From Acidobacteriota bacterium (GTDB lineage Bacteria > Acidobacteriota > Vicinamibacteria > Vicinamibacterales > UBA8438): 64,000 nt of DNA. Made by a program: the position numbers and the translations under genes. The stretch lies in assembly GCA_011523845.1 (NCBI GenBank), contig WTFV01000004.1:38881-102880 (forward strand). Reading direction: 5' to 3'. Below are positions 37,373 through 48,928 of the stretch, piece by piece; position 1 is the first letter of the stretch, and each line of letters begins with the position of its first letter. The notes under the pieces were generated by a model. That model was not told the DNA's origin. It made no database searches and saw only the letters and a list, made by a program, of their open reading frames with translations.

Positions 37373-38520
37373 CACGCCGTCGCCATGCGCCAGGTCGGGG
37401 TCGGCTTGCCCGGCCGGAAGTGCTCGATGTGCTCGATCGCCGCCCGGCGGCCGGAACCGGCCGACTCCCACGCCGCGAGCGCCGCCAGCGCCGCGTCGTT
37501 GAGCCGCTCCGGGTCTTCCTCGGCCCGCAGGTTGACGATCAGCTCGCCGGCGTCGACCGGCGCGTTCAGCCTGTGCGCCAGCTCCGCGCCCCGGTCGCCG
37601 GCCACCAGATTCAGCACGGCAATGTCCGAGGACAGCTCCTCCGCCGTCAGCGTCATCTTCAGGTGGGCGATCTCCGCGGCGCCGACCGCGTCCGCCATGT
37701 GGGCGGCGAGGTCCCGCAGCAACGCGTTGCCGTCGAAAGGCGTGTCGCAGGAGACGTGCACCGTGGCGTTCAACCAGCCGAGCAGCGCCTCGCCCTCGGC
37801 GTACACCGCATAGTCTACGTCGGGCGACTTGCCGAGACCCATCGCGCCGCGCGTCGCCCGCTCGAACCAGGAACGCACTCCGCTTCCATCCCGGGCCGAC
37901 ATGGCCAGCACGTCGGCTCGCGGATAGCGCGCCGCCAGCGCTTCGCGCAGCCGCTCCAGGCGCGGCCCTTCGAGCAGGTCGACCTTGTTCACGACGATCA
38001 CGTCCGCCTCGGCGAGCTGCCGGTCGTAGACGTACAGCACCTTGCTCGAGAACGACCGGCCTGTTTCCAGTCCGAGCACCCGCAACGCGCGGAGCGGATC
38101 GACGAGCACGCTCAGCGGCGCGATCTCGAACGCATCGCCGTACATTCGGCGCAACGGATAGCTGACCGCGGCCCGCAGGTCGGTGCAGCTTCCCACCGGC
38201 TCGGCGATGAAGACGTCCGGCCGCGCCGCTTCGTTCAGGCGGTCCGCCGCATCCATCAGCGTGTTGAACCGGCAGCAGAAGCAGCCGCCCGTGATCTCCT
38301 CGACCGGGAATCCCTGCGAGCGCGCGAGGGTGGTGTCGACGAGGCCGACGCTCTGGTCGTTGGTGATCAGTCCGACCCGCCGGCCCCGCTCGGTGAGATG
38401 GCGCGCCAGCCGGATGATCGCCGTCGTCTTGCCCGCGCCGAGAAACCCGCCGACCATGACGTAGCGTGCCCGGGCGCCTTCCGACGGCGGCGTGCCGGGT
38501 TCAGGTTCGAGGCTAGGCAT
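37372..38520 (-). CDS. G3E-family P-loop GTPase (CobW/COG0523-like metallochaperone)
   Basis: 382 aa from ATG 38520. MVGGFLGAGKTT (Walker A), GGCFCCR (CxCC metal motif), VNKVDL (NKxD). Confidence 0.8.
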   Translation of the reverse strand: MPSLEPEPGTPPSEGARARYVMVGGFLGAGKTTAIIRLARHLTERGRRVGLITNDQSVGLVDTTLARSQGFPVEEITGGCFCCRFNTLMDAADRLNEAARPDVFIAEPVGSCTDLRAAVSYPLRRMYGDAFEIAPLSVLVDPLRALRVLGLETGRSFSSKVLYVYDRQLAEADVIVVNKVDLLEGPRLERLREALAARYPRADVLAMSARDGSGVRSWFERATRGAMGLGKSPDVDYAVYAEGEALLGWLNATVHVSCDTPFDGNALLRDLAAHMADAVGAAEIAHLKMTLTAEELSSDIAVLNLVAGDRGAELAHRLNAPVDAGELIVNLRAEEDPERLNDAALAALAAWESAGSGRRAAIEHIEHFRPGKPTPTWRMATA

Positions 38521-38986
38521 CCGTATCGCCCTCGCGGCGGCTCGCCAGCATCCGGTCGATGGTCGCGTCGAGCACGTGCACGTACTCGCCGACGTCGAGA
38601 CTCTCCGGATCCGGCGCTCCGTCCACCTTGTAGAGCCAGCCGTCGCCGTACGGCTTCGACTCGACCAGCGTGATGTCGGTGTCGAGGGCTTCGTTGGTCC
38701 CGGCAAAGCGGCCCGACGCGACCGCGTAGATGTCGGAGATTGCCTTGAAGCCCTCGATCGAGCCGATGGGCTGGCCGAGATCCACCGGCTCGCCCGGCTC
38801 CACCGCAAACGTGCATTCTACTAGGTCCCCCAGCATGCGGGTGGCGAAGGTGGTCAACCCGACACGCCAGCTCCCGGAGTCGTCGCGGTCCAGCCAGTAG
38901 TGCGACCGCGTGTAGCGATGGCGGACCGGCAGGCGCGTCGCGAACCGTGACCGCTTGTAGCGGAGGAGCTCGGGCGGCGTCGTCAT
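38513..38986 (-). CDS. GcvH-family lipoyl-carrier-like protein with N-terminal extension
   Basis: 157 aa from ATG 38986. YTRSHYWLDRDDSGSWRVGLTTFATRMLGDLVECTF...IGSIEGFKAISDIYAVASGRF...ESKPYGDGWLYKV aligns with E. coli GcvH (YSKEHEWL...VAESVKAASDIYAPVSGEI...EPYAGGWIFKI), including the lipoyl-Lys position. Confidence 0.8.
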   Translation of the reverse strand: MTTPPELLRYKRSRFATRLPVRHRYTRSHYWLDRDDSGSWRVGLTTFATRMLGDLVECTFAVEPGEPVDLGQPIGSIEGFKAISDIYAVASGRFAGTNEALDTDITLVESKPYGDGWLYKVDGAPDPESLDVGEYVHVLDATIDRMLASRREGDTDA

Positions 38987-40158
38987 GATGACCGCGGCGC
39001 TTCGGGGACGGCGCCGGCGAGCAGCGCGGCGGTCATCGCCTCGATGTCCGGCTCCCGGGAGAGATGACACCAGGACAGCCGCACGGCGCCGGCTTCCTCC
39101 TCGGGAGACAGGCCCATCGCGGCGAGCACGTGGCTGCAGGCATAGGATTGCGAAGTGCAGGCGGCGCCGTCGGAGATGGCGACCAGCCCCGCCCAGGCGT
39201 CGATGAGCGCCTCCTTCTCCCAGCCCGGAATCGAGAGGTTGAGGATGTACGGCAACCGGCGATCGGCGTCGCCGTGCACCCGCGGTGCGAGCGGCGCCAG
39301 TCCCGTCAGGAGGCGCTGCTCGAACGCACGCGCTGCCGCGAGCCGGGCGTCGTGCTCGTCGAGAGCCAGCTCGGCCGCGGTGCCGAAGGCCGCAATCAGG
39401 GGGACCGGCAGCGTGCCGGGTCGCAGCCCCAGCTCCTGTCCGCCGCCGTGGAGCAGGGGCGTCAGCGGGGGGCGCGCGCCGTCCCGATGCCGGACGAGCA
39501 GGGCGCCGGCGCCCTTGGGTCCGCAGATCTTGTGGCCGCTGACGCTGGCCAGATCGACCCGGCGGTGGCGGGGGGCGTCGAACGCCTTGCCGAAACCCTG
39601 TGCGGCGTCCACGTGCAGGAAGGCCGGCGACCCGGCGAGCCGGTCGGCGATCTCCACGATCGGTTGCTGGATGCCGGTCTCGTTGTTGACCTGCATCACC
39701 GAGACGAGCAGCGTGTCCGGCCGCACCGCGGCGGCCACGCGGTCGGCGTCGACCCAGCCGCCCGGCTCCGGATCCACCAGGGTCAGGTCGAAGCCGCGCG
39801 AGGCGAGCATCCGCAGCGGCTCCAGCACCGCGTGATGCTCGATCGTCGTGCTGACGAGGTGCATGCGGCCTTCGGCTTTTCCGAAGCCTTCAAGGCCCAG
39901 GATCGCGAGGTTGTTCGACTCGGTGGCGCCGCTGGTGAACACGACCTCGTTGCGACGCACCCGGGCGACCCGGGCGACGCGGGCGCGGGCGCGCTCCACC
40001 GCCTGCCGCGCCGTTTGCCCATAGGCGTGCGTGCGGCTGCCCGCGTTGCCGAAGTCCACCTCGGCGAAGCGGCGGAGCGCCGCCTGCACCCGCGGATCGA
40101 GGGGGCAGGTCGCCGCGCAGTCCAGATACACTGGCCCGGAAGTTACAGGTGCCGGCAC
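38983..40158 (-). CDS. cysteine desulfurase (class V aminotransferase, NifS/IscS-like)
   Basis: 391 aa. FTSGATESNNLAI, HVDAAQ, SGHKICGPKGAGAL (PLP Lys), GAACTS (active-site Cys loop). ATGA overlap with the GcvH-like gene. Confidence 0.9.
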   Translation of the reverse strand: MPAPVTSGPVYLDCAATCPLDPRVQAALRRFAEVDFGNAGSRTHAYGQTARQAVERARARVARVARVRRNEVVFTSGATESNNLAILGLEGFGKAEGRMHLVSTTIEHHAVLEPLRMLASRGFDLTLVDPEPGGWVDADRVAAAVRPDTLLVSVMQVNNETGIQQPIVEIADRLAGSPAFLHVDAAQGFGKAFDAPRHRRVDLASVSGHKICGPKGAGALLVRHRDGARPPLTPLLHGGGQELGLRPGTLPVPLIAAFGTAAELALDEHDARLAAARAFEQRLLTGLAPLAPRVHGDADRRLPYILNLSIPGWEKEALIDAWAGLVAISDGAACTSQSYACSHVLAAMGLSPEEEAGAVRLSWCHLSREPDIEAMTAALLAGAVPEAPRSS

Positions 40159-40284
40159 GGTGGATCCGGATTGTACCTGGAACGCCGGTCGCCTCCGGCC
40201 GCCGCCGGTTGCGGGCGCCGTGTCGGGCGTCTCGCGACGTGCGAGCTGCCTCGGGCGGCAAGGTCTCGTCGTGAGCCTTTACCC

Positions 40285-40989
40285 ATGCAGGTCGAAGACC
40301 ACGGACTGGTTGCGCCCGAGCGCGGCCTCGGGCTCGAAATCGAGGCACTGCGGCGGCTGGAACGGGATGCGCGCCGGTGCGTGGATCCGCGAGCTGATTC
40401 GCACGACCGCAGGCAGAGAGCAGCGGGCGACGCTGCCGTGTCGTTCGCCGGCGAGCGGTTGCTCGTCTGGGAGTCGGTTCGGCCCGCCGTGGTATTGCCC
40501 CGGCACGGTGATCCCGACACGTGGGTACACGTGCAGGCGTGCGCCGCGCGGGAGGTTCCGTTGCTGTACCGGGAGTCGGGCGGCGGCGCCGTGGTCGTCG
40601 GCCCCGGATGCCTGAACTTCGCGCTCGTTCTGTCGCTCGACCGGCGCCCCGGGCTGGTCGACGTCGAGCTCAGCTACGACCGGTTGCTCTGCACGCTGGC
40701 CGGCGTCCTGGCCATCGACGGCATCGCGACCCGAGCGACCGACCTCGCCATCGCCGAGCGGAAGTTCGCCGGGCACGCGCAACGGAGGGTGCGAGGCGCC
40801 CTGCTCCATCACGGGGTGGTGCTCTACGACTTCGACCTCGGTCTGATCGACGCGCTGCTGCCGGAGCCCTCGCGCCGCCCGGCCTGGCGCGCGCATCGGA
40901 CCCACCGCGAATTCCTGACCACGGCGCCGCTGATGCGACACGAGATCGTTCGCTGTCTCGGACGGCTCCCGGCTGCGCTGGATGAATGA
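40285..40989 (+). CDS. lipoate-protein ligase / octanoyltransferase family protein (BPL_LplA_LipB catalytic domain only)
   Basis: ATG 40285 inside track ORF 39064..40989. YRESGGGAVVVGPGCLNFALVL and IAERKFAGHAQRRV (catalytic Lys motif of LplA-type enzymes). Divergent from the nifS-like gene, with a 126-nt spacer. Confidence 0.7.
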   Translation: MQVEDHGLVAPERGLGLEIEALRRLERDARRCVDPRADSHDRRQRAAGDAAVSFAGERLLVWESVRPAVVLPRHGDPDTWVHVQACAAREVPLLYRESGGGAVVVGPGCLNFALVLSLDRRPGLVDVELSYDRLLCTLAGVLAIDGIATRATDLAIAERKFAGHAQRRVRGALLHHGVVLYDFDLGLIDALLPEPSRRPAWRAHRTHREFLTTAPLMRHEIVRCLGRLPAALDE

Positions 40990-41120
40990 GCCGCGGGCGG
41001 GGCAGGATCCTGTCCGCGCCGTCGGATTGCTTCACCCGCGCCGTCCAGGGATCGGTCCAGGTGGCGGGTCGCTGACCGTGAACTCGTAGCCCGGCGTGCA
41101 GGCGTCCAGGCGCGTGATGC

Positions 41121-42227
41121 TCACCCCTCGTGCTTCCGGATCTCCAGGTGCAGAGCCCGCAGGGCCTCCCATGGACGGGCGTGCAGGCTCAGCGGCCCGC
41201 TCGTGGTCTCCCAGCGGCGGACCGTCGGCGCCGTGACCTGGATCAGATCGGCGAACTCGGTGACCGAGCATCCGCACCGCTCGCGCAACTCGCCGACCAG
41301 CTCGCCCGTGGGCTGGAACCCGGCGGCTTCGTCGCCGATGTCGGCCGGCAGGGCGAGCGGGAGGGAGGCGATCGGGGTCGATGGTCGATACGTGAGCGTC
41401 TTCTTGACCCTGCGCGGCGCCGGCGCAGGGTCGGCCGGGGTCGGTGCGCCACGAGCGGGTGCATTCGAGAACGCGCCCGGTTCCGTCGCGTTCGAGGTCG
41501 CACCCGACCAGTACGGCGCCGTCGCGGCGTTCCCGGAGCCGGGATCGACGCCGACGGTCGGTTTCCCGTTGCCGCCGGCCGAGGCGTCGGGGGTTGCGCG
41601 GGCCGATGCCGGCGCGACGCCGTCGGCAATCAGCTCCTTCTCGTCGACGCCGCGTAGCCGGAAGAGCAGCTCCGGGCTGTCGTCGAGGCGGCTGCCGACG
41701 CCGGACAGCACGGCTGCCGCATGCTTGCACATCGGCGCGCGGTCCGCGCATTCGCAGCTCGGCACGATCTCGCCGGGTTGCGGAAACAGGCCCGCGTCGG
41801 GGGTGACGATCGCGGCGACGACGCGGTCGGGCAGGAGACCCTCGTGCAGCTCGGACAGCGTGCCGATCCGGCCCGCACAGGCGCTCCTGATGGCCGTCCA
41901 GGCGGGCTCGGGCAGTCGTCGTATGCGAATCGCAACGCGATAGAGCGCGGATCCGATCACCATTGCATCGACGCTGCCGACGTCGACCGCCAGGTGACAG
42001 ATCGAGCCGTTGCGCACGTAGGCCCGCCCGTGCGCGAGTCGGGCCGCGTATTCCGAGAACGACTCCAGATGTTCGCACCAGTGCCGGCCCCAGAAGCTCC
42101 GTGCGATGGTGCGTCCTCTGATCTCGATTGGCTGCACGCTCACACCGCGTGAGCGCAACTCGTGCATTTCCGAGACGGCTCGGGCGCGCTGCCCGTCGAC
42201 CGGCACGTAGCGTGGATACCAGTGCAC
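41121..42227 (-). CDS. SWIM zinc-finger protein with C-terminal HTH
   Basis: 368 aa. PSCECADRAPMCKHAAAV (CxCx(n)CxH SWIM motif). C-terminal CSVTEFADLIQVTAPTVRRWE is an XRE-like helix-turn-helix. Confidence 0.75.
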   Translation of the reverse strand: MHWYPRYVPVDGQRARAVSEMHELRSRGVSVQPIEIRGRTIARSFWGRHWCEHLESFSEYAARLAHGRAYVRNGSICHLAVDVGSVDAMVIGSALYRVAIRIRRLPEPAWTAIRSACAGRIGTLSELHEGLLPDRVVAAIVTPDAGLFPQPGEIVPSCECADRAPMCKHAAAVLSGVGSRLDDSPELLFRLRGVDEKELIADGVAPASARATPDASAGGNGKPTVGVDPGSGNAATAPYWSGATSNATEPGAFSNAPARGAPTPADPAPAPRRVKKTLTYRPSTPIASLPLALPADIGDEAAGFQPTGELVGELRERCGCSVTEFADLIQVTAPTVRRWETTSGPLSLHARPWEALRALHLEIRKHEG

Positions 42228-42717
42228 TGTCAGATCCTGTTGTTCCCTTCCACGGGTTGGTGAGCTCCGCCGGCCTCACGGCTCTTCCGGACGGCCAGGG
42301 CCTGACGTGCCGGCGACGGCATGGCGCGGTTCATTCGTGGCTCGGGCGTACGAACCGCCGCGCGGTCCGTACGGACCGATATGGCTCGCAACGACTGCGT
42401 GTCGGTACTTTCGACATCCGGAATCGGGGCAACCGACCGAACGGAGAGGACATCGCCGGATGTCCGCACCGGCCGGTACGATCCAGTGCTCATTACAATG
42501 CGCCGTGACCGCCGGAATGTCAAGTGAAGAAGCCTGCATTCCTGTTGGCGGATTCTGCAACGGAAACGTCCCGGCACGTTTCCATAGTCGTCAAGAGACA
42601 TCCGGAAGTGCGAGGTCGGCCATGATGCATGCGTTGGTCGAGTTCCGCTCCCAATAGGAAGGCGCATTGTCGTTGCGGCGCAGGCTGCTCCCTTCCCTGC
42701 ATTCTCGACGCGCCATC

Positions 42718-44634
42718 CTACACGTCCAGGTCGAGGGCCTCGTCGGCCCGCTCCATGATGAAGCGGAAGCGGGCCGAGGCGTCCTTCCCCATCAGGTCGG
42801 TGATGACACGATCGGTCAGAAGCTGGTCGCTGACCGCCACCCGCAGCAGGCGCCGGGTGCCCGGGTTGAGAGTCGTCTCCCAGAGCACCTTCGGCATCAT
42901 CTCGCCGAGGCCCTTGAAGCGCGTGATCTCGGGGGCGCCGCGGCCGTTGGTGTGCGCCTCGACGAGGGCGTCGCGATGGGCGTCGTCGAGCGCCCAGAAG
43001 GTGTGCTTGCCGACGTCGACGCGGTAGAGGGGCGGCTGTGCCAGGAACACCTTGCCGTGCTCTATCAGTTGCGGCAGGAACCGGTAGAAGAAGGTCAGCA
43101 GCAGCGTGGCGATGTGGTTGCCGTCCGAGTCGGCGTCGGCGAGTATGATGATTCGGTCGTAGCGCAGCCTGGCGATGTCGAAGGTCTTGCCGAGGCCGCA
43201 GCCGAGCGCGGTCACGACGTCCGACAGCTCCTTGTTCGCCAGCACCTTCGACGCCGGCGCGCTCTCGACGTTCAGGACCTTGCCGCGCAGCGGCAGGATC
43301 GCCTGACGCGTCCGGTCGCGTCCCTGCTTGGCCGAGCCGCCGGCCGAGTCTCCCTCGACGATGAACAGCTCGCTGTCGCCGCGGGCGCTCCCCGTGCAGT
43401 CGCTCAGCTTGCCGGGCAGATTCAGCCGGTTCGACGTCGCGCTCTTGCGCGAGACCGCCTGCTGCGCGGCGCGGCTCGCTTCGCGGGCGCGGGCGGCGAG
43501 GATGATCCGCGCGACGATCGCCTCGGCCACGCTGATGTTGTGGTTCAGCCAGTGCTCGAGGGCGGGCCGCACCGCCCCGTCGAGCACCGGTGCGAGCTCC
43601 GGGTTGTTGAGTCGGTCCTTGGTCTGCCCCTGGAACTGCGGATCCGGAACGAAGATCGAGACGACGCCGGTCAGACCCTCGCGGATGTCGTCGGCGGTCA
43701 GGCTCACGCCCTTGGGGGTGAGATTGTGCGTGTCGATGAAGTTCCGGACGGCCTTGCCGAGTCCGGCCCGCAGCCCGTTCTCGTGTGTCCCGCCCGACGC
43801 GGTCGGGATGCCGTTGACGTAGCTGCGCAGGTGCTCGTCGGTCGCCTCCGTCCACTGCAGCACCACCTCGAGCCGCGACCGGGAGTCGGCGTGCTCGCGC
43901 GCGAGGACGAACGGCGCCTCGTGCACCGGCCGGGCTCCGCGCTCCCGCACGAGCCGGGCGAGGTAGTCGGGCAGGCCGTTCTCGTGCCGGAATTCCTCCT
44001 TCGAGTCCCGCGCCTCGTCCACGAACGCGAACCGGACGCCGCCGTGCACGTAGCTGGCGATCTCCAGCCGCTGCCGGATGAGATCGGCGTCGAAAGTCGT
44101 CTTCGGAAAGATTCGCGGATCGGGGTGGAAGCGGATCGTGGTGCCGGAGCCGCGCGCCGGTTTCAGCTTGCGCAGCGCGGCCACCGGCTTGCCGCGCCGG
44201 AAGGTCTGCTGCCAGCGGAAGCCGTCGCGCTTCGAGGTGGCGACCAGCTCCTGCGACAGCGCGTTGACCACGCTGGCGCCGACGCCATGCAGCCCGCCGG
44301 CCGTGCGGTAGGTCCGGTTCTCGAACTTCCCGCCCGCGTGCAGCGTGGTGAAGATCACCTCCAGCGCGTTCTTGCCGGTCTTCGGGTGCCGGTCGACCGG
44401 CATGCCGCGGCCGTCGTCCACCACCGTTACGGTCGACCCGTCGCCGTGCAGCGTCACCTGGACGTGCGCGGCATGGCCGTTCATCGCCTCGTCGACCGCG
44501 TTGTCGAGGATCTCCCAGACCAGGTGGTGCAGCCCGGCCGACCCGACGCCCCCGATGTACATCCCGGGACGCTTGCGGACGGGCTCCAGGCCCTCCAGTA
44601 CCGTAATGTCCTTCGCCGAGTACGAATTCGCCAT
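42718..44634 (-). CDS. type IIA DNA topoisomerase subunit B (ParE/GyrB family)
   Basis: 638 aa from ATG 44634 (track ORF over-extended to 46191). LEGLEPVRKRPGMYIG, EILDNAVDE, GGLHGVGASVVNALS, ELFIVEGDSAGGSAKQGRDR, ILPLRGKVLNVE, IIILADADSDGNHI, PPLY. Confidence 0.9.
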   Translation of the reverse strand: MANSYSAKDITVLEGLEPVRKRPGMYIGGVGSAGLHHLVWEILDNAVDEAMNGHAAHVQVTLHGDGSTVTVVDDGRGMPVDRHPKTGKNALEVIFTTLHAGGKFENRTYRTAGGLHGVGASVVNALSQELVATSKRDGFRWQQTFRRGKPVAALRKLKPARGSGTTIRFHPDPRIFPKTTFDADLIRQRLEIASYVHGGVRFAFVDEARDSKEEFRHENGLPDYLARLVRERGARPVHEAPFVLAREHADSRSRLEVVLQWTEATDEHLRSYVNGIPTASGGTHENGLRAGLGKAVRNFIDTHNLTPKGVSLTADDIREGLTGVVSIFVPDPQFQGQTKDRLNNPELAPVLDGAVRPALEHWLNHNISVAEAIVARIILAARAREASRAAQQAVSRKSATSNRLNLPGKLSDCTGSARGDSELFIVEGDSAGGSAKQGRDRTRQAILPLRGKVLNVESAPASKVLANKELSDVVTALGCGLGKTFDIARLRYDRIIILADADSDGNHIATLLLTFFYRFLPQLIEHGKVFLAQPPLYRVDVGKHTFWALDDAHRDALVEAHTNGRGAPEITRFKGLGEMMPKVLWETTLNPGTRRLLRVAVSDQLLTDRVITDLMGKDASARFRFIMERADEALDLDV

Positions 44635-44767
44635 CGTCTTCCGGGCGACCCGGCCGGGTTGCAGGTCGCGTCGGGCCCGCTGCGCTCCGCAGTGCCGGCG
44701 GCTCCAGCGGGCCTCGTTGGTGGGAGCCTCAGTGTAGCATGGGCCGCGCGCGTGCCGGGTGCGCGCC

Positions 44768-44789
44768 AGCCCGCGGCATGCCGCGGGCT
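44768..44789. terminator. perfect 22-nt GC-rich palindrome between the symporter and topoisomerase B genes
   Basis: agcccgcggca|tgccgcgggct is exactly self-complementary. It lies about 100 nt downstream of the symporter stop and about 135 nt upstream of the subunit-B start. No U-tract, so function (terminator versus operator) is open. Confidence 0.3.
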
Positions 44790-44885
44790 CCGCGGGGAGA
44801 CGGAACGTGTCAGCGCAACAACCAGCACTCCGCAGCTCTTCGGCGAGACGAAGGCGTTGGCCGGCGTCTCCGGCCGGTCGCCGCA

Positions 44886-46304
44886 TCACCACCGGTACCG
44901 CTCCAGCTCCCGCCGGACGATGGGCGCCATCAGGTACAACCCGATCAGGTTCGGAATCGCGACCACGAAGACCAGGGCGTCCGACAGATCGATGAGCGCT
45001 CCGAGATTGAGGCTGGCCCCGACGACGACGAACGCGCAGTAGCCGAGGTTGAAGCCGAGGCGCTGGAGTCTTCCCTCGCCGGCCAGGTAGGTGAATGCCT
45101 TCAGCCCGTAGTAGGCCCAGGCGATCATCGTCGAGAAGGCGAACATGATGGCCGCCGCGGCCAGCGGGATCGGCGACCACGGCAGGGTGGAGGCGAACGC
45201 CCGGGTGGTCAGCTCGATGCCGCTGATGTCGCCGGTGGCGAGCGCCGGGTCGTAGACCGTGGTGGTGATGACGAGCGCCGAGAGGGTGCAGATGACCACG
45301 GTGTCGATGAAGGGTTCGAGCAGGGCGACGAAGCCCTCGCTGGCCGGCTGCGGCGTGCGGGCGGTGGCGTGGGCGATGGCGGCGCTGCCGAGCCCCGCTT
45401 CGTTGGAGAAGACGGCGCGCCGGAAGCCGATGACCAGCGCCCCCAGCCCGCCGCCGGCCATCCCCTGCGACGTGAACGCCCCGTTCCAGATCGCGGCGAC
45501 GGCCCCCGGCAGCCGGTCGGCGTTGATCGCGATGACCAGGAGGGCCAGCGCCACGTAGAGCACCGCCATCGTGGGCACCAGCTTCACCGTCGTCCGGGCG
45601 ATGGACTGGATGCCGCCGATGATCACCAGGGCGACGATGCCGGCCAGCAGCAGGCCGATGAGCCAGCCCCGGCCGGCGAAGAAGCTGGCGTCGGCGCCGG
45701 TGATGTCGATGAAGATTGCGGCGGCCTGGTTCGACTGGAACATGTTGCCGATGCCGAGGCAGCCAAACACCATGGCGGCGGCGTAGAAGAGGCCGAGCCC
45801 GCGGCCCAGCGCCGGCCAGCCGCGGTCGCCGAGACCCCGTTCCAGGTAGTGCATCGGTCCGCCGGAGACCGAGCCGTCGGGATTGCGCCTCCGGTACAGC
45901 ACGCCGAGCGTGCACTCGGCGAACTTGGACGACATGCCGAGCAGCCCCGCGGTCATCAACCAGAAGGTGGCGCCGGGGCCGCCGGTCGAGATGGCGACGG
46001 CCACGCCGGCCATGTTCCCGATCCCGACGGTGCCGGAGACGGCCGTCGCGAGCGCGCTGAACTGCGAGATCTCGCCGGGATCGCCCGCGCGGGCGTAGCG
46101 GCCGGAGACGATGCGCAGCGCCTGCGCGAAGCCCCGGACGTTGATGAAGCGCAGGTAGACCGTGAAGAACAGCCCGCCGGCCACCAGCCACAGCACGATG
46201 AGCGGCATCTCGGCCCCGAGCAGCGGAACGGGGTAGAAGATGAAGCCGGACACTGCGTCCGCCACCGGGCGCATGATCCGGTCTACGAGTCGGTCGATGT
46301 CCAT
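44886..46304 (-). CDS. alanine/glycine:cation symporter (AGCS family)
   Basis: 472 aa. GEISQFSALATAVSGTVGIGNMAGVAVAISTGGPGATFWLMTAGLLGMSSKFAECTLG is the AGCS signature region. Confidence 0.9.
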   Translation of the reverse strand: MDIDRLVDRIMRPVADAVSGFIFYPVPLLGAEMPLIVLWLVAGGLFFTVYLRFINVRGFAQALRIVSGRYARAGDPGEISQFSALATAVSGTVGIGNMAGVAVAISTGGPGATFWLMTAGLLGMSSKFAECTLGVLYRRRNPDGSVSGGPMHYLERGLGDRGWPALGRGLGLFYAAAMVFGCLGIGNMFQSNQAAAIFIDITGADASFFAGRGWLIGLLLAGIVALVIIGGIQSIARTTVKLVPTMAVLYVALALLVIAINADRLPGAVAAIWNGAFTSQGMAGGGLGALVIGFRRAVFSNEAGLGSAAIAHATARTPQPASEGFVALLEPFIDTVVICTLSALVITTTVYDPALATGDISGIELTTRAFASTLPWSPIPLAAAAIMFAFSTMIAWAYYGLKAFTYLAGEGRLQRLGFNLGYCAFVVVGASLNLGALIDLSDALVFVVAIPNLIGLYLMAPIVRRELERYRW

Positions 46305-46410
46305 GCCTTGGATGTCTCTCTCGTTCCGGCCGCCGCCGGCGCGCGCTCAGTTCGGCTCGAGCTCCGGTGTTCCGATCGGCCTGGGGACGACGCGCACGAC
46401 CTGCCCGCGC

Positions 46411-48819
<2,409 letters not shown>

Positions 48820-48928
48820 CGGATCCGATCTCCTCGCACGTCTCGTTGCTGCGGGCGGCGTCCGGGAGCGCGCCGCCGGGGGTGGGATGCTGGCGGGGGC
48901 CGCGCGGGGCCGCCGTCAATTTACCACG

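Noticed and set aside
42562-42583. 8-bp stem hairpin considered as an intrinsic terminator
   Set aside because: No U-tract on either strand, and it lies about 150 nt beyond the nearest gene end. Kept only as a note inside the non-coding-region finding.
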